DNA from: Bacteroidales bacterium
Lineage (GTDB): Bacteria; Bacteroidota; Bacteroidia; Bacteroidales; VadinHA17
Length of the DNA stretch: 64,000 bases
Assembly (NCBI GenBank): GCA_041303415.1
Contig: JBFYPG010000006.1
Location: forward strand, 29,688-93,687
Direction: 5' to 3'
Positions 58,223-64,000 of this stretch are shown here, piece by piece (the stretch's first letter is position 1; each line of letters begins with the position of its first letter). The notes under the pieces are model-generated. The model did not search any database, was not told the origin of the DNA, and worked only from the letters and a program-made list of their open reading frames with translations. The translations under genes were made by a program, and so were the position numbers.

Positions 58223-61200
58223 ATGAATGTTATTGCACGATTTGCCGTAAGATACCCTGTCACAGTGCTGATGCTGGTGCTGGGTATTGTGCTCCTGGGA
58301 TTCATATCTTTCGGAAGGCTCGGCACCGATCTCTTCCCTGACCTCAACACTCCCAAGATCTATATCGAGCTTAAGGCAGGCGAAAGACCGCCGGAGGAGA
58401 TCGAAAAGAATTATGTCGATCAGATCGAATCACTCGCGATGCGCCAGAGCAATGTAACCCAGGTATCATCAGTATCACATGCAGGATCGGCAAACATAAC
58501 GGTTGAATACACCTGGAACAAGGATATGGATGAGGCATTCCTCGATCTTCAGAAAGAGCTCAACTCGTTCAGCCAGAATTCCGACCTGGAGGATCTTACC
58601 ATCTCGCAGTATGACCCCAATGCATCTCCGGTAATGATTGTAGGGTTGAAGAACGACCGCATCGGGAACATCGATGAGCTCAGAAAAGTTGCAGAGAACT
58701 ATATACGCAACGAGCTTGTAAGAATTGAAGGAGTTGCTGATGTAAAACTGACAGGTGTTGAGGAAAGTGAAGTTGTAATTGAAACAAATAAATATCTCCT
58801 TGAATCTTTTGGGCTCACATCTGACGGCATCGCCGCCCAGATAAACAACTACAACAGGAATGTGTCCGGAGGCTCCATTGTCGATATGGGAACAAAATAT
58901 GTGGTCAAGGGGGTAAGTGTGCTCGAGGATATGCAGGATCTTGAGAATATCATTGTAGGTTTCAGGCAGACCTCAGCAACAGGAAGCTCTCCTTCACGCG
59001 AAATGACATCAGCCGGTTCTTCCTCAGCCCGGGTGCCGGTTTACCTTCGCGATGTGGCAAAAATATCATTTGCAAACAAAGAGCCTGAGAATATAGTAAC
59101 AATAAACGGAGAAAGATGTATCGGCCTCTCAATTTACAAGGAACCGAAGTTCAACACCGTCGATGCAGTAAAAAGCCTCGATGAGGCAATAATCAACCTC
59201 GGCAAAGCACTTCCGGGCTTTGAATTCATAAAAGTGGTTGACCAGGGAACATACATCCATAATGCCATCAGTGAGGTAAGCAACACATTATTAATAGGTA
59301 TCCTTCTCGCAGTATTTATTTTGTATATATTCCTGAGGAGGATCGGCACAACGCTGGTTGTAAGCGTTGCCATCCCCATATCGGTTATCGCCACATTCAA
59401 CCTGATGTATTTCAACCATCTGACGCTCAACATAATGACGCTCGGTGGCCTTGCGCTTGGTGCGGGGATGCTGGTCGACAATGCGATAGTAGTACTTGAG
59501 AATATAACCCGCCTCCGTGAAGAAGGGATGGAGCTTAAGGAGGCTGTCATCAACGGCACCGGGCAGGTGGGCGGAGCAATTACTGCATCAACAGTTACAA
59601 CTATTGTTGTATTTCTTCCGATTGTATACCTGCAGGGAGCATCAAGCGAGATGTTCAGGGACCAGGCCTGGACAGTGGCCTTTGCACTTATCTCATCACT
59701 CCTTGTGGCAATGCTTGTCATCCCAATGCTTCTTTCAACTCTCTTTCCGGACAAAAGGAAAAAAGCTGATCCCCGCCCGCCGGTAAGTTTTACATGGTAC
59801 AGCAGGTTCCTTGAAAAAACTGTTGAAAAGAGAGCGCTGGTGATCATCCTCGCGGTTATACTTCTGGGAGGATCCATTCTGATAATCCCTATGCTCGGAA
59901 GTGAATTCATGCCTAAATCTGAATCCGCGCAGTTCACCGTTGAGTTGAAGCTGCCTGAAGGAACAAGCCTTGAGAGAACTTATGCCACAGCATCAAGCAC
60001 CGAAAATATAATAAGAGAACTCCTGGCAGAAAAACTCAATCTGATCTACACCCAGTCGGGGGAAGACAATACTTCAACACTGAATCAGGCATCAGCTGTA
60101 AAAGGCGAAAATACAGCTTCACTCAAAATTATACTTAACGACAAATATGCATCAGAGACTGAAAATGCGATCACCCTTGTGGAGAACTACCTGAAAAACA
60201 TTCCGGGGCTTGAGGTTACCTTCACCAGGGAAGAGACCGCGCTTCAGACATCGCTGGGCACAACGGAGTCGCCTTTTGCGCTGGAGATATCAGGTGATGA
60301 TTATAATGAACTCGAGAAGATACTTCAACAATCCAGGGGAATCCTCGGGGAGAATCAGGGTCTTTACAATATTACCACATCCCTTGATGAAGGGACTCCC
60401 GAGGTGGAAGTGGCCATCGACAGGTTCAAGACAAGCTACTACAGCGTCACCGTGGAAAGCATAATAAACCAGGTGAAGGGATATCTCGAGGGAGTTTCAG
60501 CCGGCAGCTTTGAAAAAGACGGCGAGATGAAGGATATCACCATAAAACTGGGCGATATATCACTCAATCAGCTGCAGGACCTGATGATCACAGCCGGAAA
60601 TGTAAAAGTACCCCTGAGCGAGCTGGCTGATATTAAGACTGTTATCAGCCCAAGGGAGATCACGCGGAGAAACCAGTCGAGAACATGTTACGTTTATGCA
60701 ATGGTCAAACCCGGCATTGCATTTGACAGGGTTGTCAGGGATGCGGAGATTGCTCTCAGATCAATCACCCTTCCGGTCGATTATAAAATGGAATTCACGG
60801 GTGAGGAGATGAAAAGAAAGGAATCAACTTCAAACCTGACCTTTGCGCTTATTCTGTCCCTGGTACTTGTTTTCATGGTTCTTGCCGCTCAGTTTGAATC
60901 GATTATTCAGCCTTTTGTTATTATGCTCACAATACCGCTTGCCGGAGTTGGTACGGTGCTGACATTTTTCATCCTCGGTAAATCGCTGAACATGATGGCA
61001 TACATAGGGATAATAATGCTCGGAGGGATCGCAGTCAATAATGCCATAATACTCATAGACCGGATCAACCAGCTCCGCGAGGCGGGAATGGAAAAGAAGA
61101 AGGCGATAATTCTTGCAGGATCGCAGAGAGTAAGACCGATCCTCATGACAAGCCTTACCACGATACTGGCGCTTCTTCCGCTGACGATAGGCATAGGCGA

Positions 61201-61360
61201 AAGTGCATCACTTCGTTCTCCCATGGCTCTTGCAGTCATTAGCGGACTCTTTTCTTCAACCCTGCTGACACTCATTGTGATCCCATGTGTTTACTGGGTT
61301 TTTGACACATTCAGCATTTTTGTGAGAGGAAAGAATAAACCGGCTGTTGAGCCTGTATAA
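58223..61360 (+). CDS. efflux RND transporter permease subunit (AcrB/HAE family)
   Basis: 1045 aa. 12-TM AcrB architecture. Conserved GMLVDNAIVVLENI and GGIAVNNAIILIDRI motifs in TM4/TM10. Confidence 0.95.
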   Translation: MNVIARFAVRYPVTVLMLVLGIVLLGFISFGRLGTDLFPDLNTPKIYIELKAGERPPEEIEKNYVDQIESLAMRQSNVTQVSSVSHAGSANITVEYTWNKDMDEAFLDLQKELNSFSQNSDLEDLTISQYDPNASPVMIVGLKNDRIGNIDELRKVAENYIRNELVRIEGVADVKLTGVEESEVVIETNKYLLESFGLTSDGIAAQINNYNRNVSGGSIVDMGTKYVVKGVSVLEDMQDLENIIVGFRQTSATGSSPSREMTSAGSSSARVPVYLRDVAKISFANKEPENIVTINGERCIGLSIYKEPKFNTVDAVKSLDEAIINLGKALPGFEFIKVVDQGTYIHNAISEVSNTLLIGILLAVFILYIFLRRIGTTLVVSVAIPISVIATFNLMYFNHLTLNIMTLGGLALGAGMLVDNAIVVLENITRLREEGMELKEAVINGTGQVGGAITASTVTTIVVFLPIVYLQGASSEMFRDQAWTVAFALISSLLVAMLVIPMLLSTLFPDKRKKADPRPPVSFTWYSRFLEKTVEKRALVIILAVILLGGSILIIPMLGSEFMPKSESAQFTVELKLPEGTSLERTYATASSTENIIRELLAEKLNLIYTQSGEDNTSTLNQASAVKGENTASLKIILNDKYASETENAITLVENYLKNIPGLEVTFTREETALQTSLGTTESPFALEISGDDYNELEKILQQSRGILGENQGLYNITTSLDEGTPEVEVAIDRFKTSYYSVTVESIINQVKGYLEGVSAGSFEKDGEMKDITIKLGDISLNQLQDLMITAGNVKVPLSELADIKTVISPREITRRNQSRTCYVYAMVKPGIAFDRVVRDAEIALRSITLPVDYKMEFTGEEMKRKESTSNLTFALILSLVLVFMVLAAQFESIIQPFVIMLTIPLAGVGTVLTFFILGKSLNMMAYIGIIMLGGIAVNNAIILIDRINQLREAGMEKKKAIILAGSQRVRPILMTSLTTILALLPLTIGIGESASLRSPMALAVISGLFSSTLLTLIVIPCVYWVFDTFSIFVRGKNKPAVEPV

Positions 61361-61375
61361 TATTCAGGAATAGAA

Positions 61376-64000
61376 ATGGACTTTATCTTAAAAAGAAGGA
61401 TCCTCATCAGCATGTTCTTTGCCGGGCTTGCGATGCTTGGCTTCATCTCGTACAAGAGACTGCCGCTTGAGCTTATCCCCAATACACAGCTCCCGGCTCT
61501 TGTCGTGCAGGCGGCCACGATGCTGGAGATGGATCCTTCGTATATTGAAACACAGGCCATCATTCCGCTTGAAGGTGCAGTAGGAACTCTTGAGGATGTT
61601 GAAAAGATAGAATCAAATATCTCCTCCCGCTACGGAATCATTACTGTTTATTTCAAGCAGAATGCCAACCTTAAATATGCCAACCTCAAGCTTCAGGAAA
61701 AGATAGATGTTGTAAGCAATTCAATTCCTGAAGGGTTCATGATCAATGTGATAAAGATCGATTTCGAGGAGCTTACAAACCAGTTCATGTCGCTCCAGGT
61801 TCTGGGCGAGGGAGGAGTCGACAGGATCAGGAATATAACCGACAGGGAGATAAAACCGAAGTTTGAGAATATTGACGGTATAGCCGGAGTACAGGTATAC
61901 GGAGGACAGGAGAATTCAATTGAGATCCGCCTTAATGAAAAAGCCTGCAAGTCGCTCGGAGTAACCATGGGGCAGGTCAGGACACTGCTGAACAATAACG
62001 GCAGGGATAAGACTTTTGCCGGTAAAGTCGTTGACGGCAGTAATGAGCTTTATGTAAATATCACTTCGGAATACACCGATGTCAACGAGATCGGCAGCAT
62101 CATCGTGAAGCAGGAAGGTCCGGTACTCCTCCGCGATATAGCTGAGATATTCTACGGCGTGAAGGAGCAGACCTCATACAGCAGGGTGAACGGCATGGAT
62201 GCTGTTACCATGAACCTTGTAAATGACAACCAGGCGAACCTCATCCGGCTCTCTCATGATGCCGTTGAACAGGTTGACAGGCTGAACAGCGAACTGGCAC
62301 CAATGGGGGTCCAGATCTCGGTCCAGTATAACAGCGCTGAAACAATGGAAGAGAACATCAACCAGATAATCAACCTGGCAATAACCGGCGCCATCCTGGC
62401 AGTGATCATACTCTGGTTCTTCCTCAGGAATGTGCGCCTTGTGACCGTTATCGCGATCGCGATCCCTGCATCAGTATATACAGCATTCAATTTCTTCTAT
62501 GCATTTGATATTTCAATCAACAGCCTGACGCTTGTCGGAATAGCCCTTGCCGTGGGGATGCTGGTCGATAACTCGGTAGTGGTGCTTGAAAATATATACC
62601 GCCTGGCAGGCACCGGAAAGGATTACGAAACCTCTGTAAAACAGGGGACCAGGGAAGTGTGGAGGGCAATATTTGCATCAACGCTTACTACAATTGTCGT
62701 GTTCTTCCCGTTTATTTTTACTTCAAACTTTCTTATCAAAATAATCGGGAAGAATATAGGAGTCTCTATCGTATCAACCCTGCTGGTTTCGCTTGCCGTC
62801 GCAATGCTGTTTATTCCGATGGCAACGTTTTTCCTGCTTTCCGGGAAAAAAGATCAGAAATCGGAAATATTCAAGAAACTCTCCATTCATGACAGGTTGA
62901 TACAATTGTACCATCTTGTTCTGAAATCATGCATGAGAAATCCGGCAACAACCATAATCGGCAGCCTTGTTGTTTTTTTTGCAGCTCTCCTGATAAGCCT
63001 GACATTAAGCCTGAGCAATCCCGAAGAGATAAACACACCCGATTTCAGGGTGAGCGTCAGGATGCCTGCAGGATCGACGCTTGAAAAGACCGATGCGGTG
63101 GTTGCAGAAATTGAATCCCGTCTTGAATCACTTCCCGAGAAAGAAAACATTGTCAGCCGCATCGAGGAAGAGAGGGCTACAGTGACGATAAACCTTCCTG
63201 AAGAGTGGGACAAGAAAAGCAAGAGAAGCCTTCCGGAAATAAAGAATGATATCTACGAAAAAACAAGGAACATCTCATCAGCCGAGGTAAGCATGGACGA
63301 GATATCCACAAGCGGAGGATTCTCGGGGGGAGACAACGGAGGAGAAAGCATTAATCCCGGATCGGGGTTCATGAGGATGCTGGGCCTGGGATCCGAATCC
63401 GAAAGCGTGATCATCAAGGGAGAGGATTTTGAACAGATGAAAGACCTGGCCGATGATATCAGGTCATATATCGATAATCTCTCAGCAGTTGAAAGAGCGA
63501 GCCTGAATGTACAGGATAACAAGCCTGAAGTCCGGCTTCACTTCGACATGGATTATATTGGCAGGAATGATATCACTCTCATGAATCTCTCGGCAGCCCT
63601 CATGACTTTTGGAAGGGAGTATTCATCCGAAACGACATTCAGGCAGGGAACAGAGAGTTATGATATCATAATAAAATATGCAGAAGAGGATACTCTGACA
63701 TCAATTAATCCCGACAAGACGATCGATGACCTGAAACGCCTGGAGGTGAGCAATGCATCCGGAGCCGTGATGGAGATGGAAGAGCTTGCAAACATAATCT
63801 TTGCCTACGGCATGGGCAACATCCACAGGGAAAACCAGGAAAAACAGGTGACTGTAACATACAGCTTCAAGGATGAGATAACATCATCAAAGGATCTTCT
63901 TGAAGGAGCCAGAACTGAAGTTGAATCGATCGTTGCGGGCCTTAACATCCCTTCAGGAATTGCCGTGGAAGTTATCCATGAGGAGGATCAGCTTAAGGAT
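61376..64000 (+). CDS. second efflux RND transporter permease subunit, partial (continues beyond the right edge)
   Basis: ATG at 61376 (MDFILKRRILISMFFAGLAMLGF..). The in-frame GMLVDNSVVVLENIYR motif lies at 62552-62599. The frame reaches base 64000 exactly at a codon boundary. Absent from the ORF track because it has no stop. Confidence 0.9.
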   Translation, partial: MDFILKRRILISMFFAGLAMLGFISYKRLPLELIPNTQLPALVVQAATMLEMDPSYIETQAIIPLEGAVGTLEDVEKIESNISSRYGIITVYFKQNANLKYANLKLQEKIDVVSNSIPEGFMINVIKIDFEELTNQFMSLQVLGEGGVDRIRNITDREIKPKFENIDGIAGVQVYGGQENSIEIRLNEKACKSLGVTMGQVRTLLNNNGRDKTFAGKVVDGSNELYVNITSEYTDVNEIGSIIVKQEGPVLLRDIAEIFYGVKEQTSYSRVNGMDAVTMNLVNDNQANLIRLSHDAVEQVDRLNSELAPMGVQISVQYNSAETMEENINQIINLAITGAILAVIILWFFLRNVRLVTVIAIAIPASVYTAFNFFYAFDISINSLTLVGIALAVGMLVDNSVVVLENIYRLAGTGKDYETSVKQGTREVWRAIFASTLTTIVVFFPFIFTSNFLIKIIGKNIGVSIVSTLLVSLAVAMLFIPMATFFLLSGKKDQKSEIFKKLSIHDRLIQLYHLVLKSCMRNPATTIIGSLVVFFAALLISLTLSLSNPEEINTPDFRVSVRMPAGSTLEKTDAVVAEIESRLESLPEKENIVSRIEEERATVTINLPEEWDKKSKRSLPEIKNDIYEKTRNISSAEVSMDEISTSGGFSGGDNGGESINPGSGFMRMLGLGSESESVIIKGEDFEQMKDLADDIRSYIDNLSAVERASLNVQDNKPEVRLHFDMDYIGRNDITLMNLSAALMTFGREYSSETTFRQGTESYDIIIKYAEEDTLTSINPDKTIDDLKRLEVSNASGAVMEMEELANIIFAYGMGNIHRENQEKQVTVTYSFKDEITSSKDLLEGARTEVESIVAGLNIPSGIAVEVIHEEDQLKD

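Noticed and set aside
59134-59937. A 267-aa minus-strand ORF inside the RND permease gene.
   Set aside because: It is entirely antisense to a strongly conserved AcrB-family gene. The Ser/Thr/Ile/Arg-rich translation is typical of shadow ORFs. Similar long antisense ORFs at 33879..34436 (in sufD), 42629..43192 (in the FabK-like gene), 50345..50821 (in the HD gene), 14749..15099 (in groL) and 10694..11101 (in the kinase gene) are rejected for the same reason.

Overview
This 64-kb window comes from a Bacteroidota (Bacteroidia-like) chromosome. The lineage call rests on a T9SS C-terminal sorting domain, an lpxC/fabZ fusion, GSCFA and IPExxxVDY-type proteins, a CarboxypepD_reg-type TonB receptor, and the purN / acpP-fabF-rnc gene order. 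I call 53 protein genes and one tRNA-Arg(CCG), and nearly all are core genes: leuS, purN, acpP-fabF-rnc, a HisKA/OmpR two-component pair, lepA, groES-groEL, secG, a domain-less sigma-54 activator, kdsB, a TonB-dependent receptor, two ECF-sigma loci, queG, a complete sufB-C-D-S-E-sufT operon, lpxD-lpxC/fabZ-lpxA, and an ABC + TolC-MFP-RND-RND export cluster that runs off the right edge. Two genes missing from the ORF track are open at the window edges (1..1374 minus, 61376..64000 plus). I found no CRISPR array, cas gene, transposase, integrase, phage block or recognisable defence or toxin system, so I do not claim a novel multi-gene system. What the gene list does not explain is the intergenic DNA. 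Nearly every spacer longer than about 70 nt holds degenerate short-period (7-9 nt) tandem repeats and GC hairpins from a few recurring families. The clearest case is a modular ~110-nt element (GGCNNCR heptads, GGGAGANN octads, then a CCCCTCC/GGAGGGG hairpin followed by a G-rich tail). It occurs twice in the same orientation, 30-40 nt upstream of intra-operon start codons (sufT and the tolC-like gene). A third copy of the hairpin module sits before the MFP gene. Other items worth a second look:
- tandem paralogous ArsB/NhaD-like permeases with a conserved CPVPGCP tail next to the suf operon
- an ABC-2 permease fused to an M1-like domain that has no HExxH motif
- an orphan fibre/adhesin gene
- a T9SS protein that is essentially only a sorting domain
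- a possible -24/-12 promoter in front of groES
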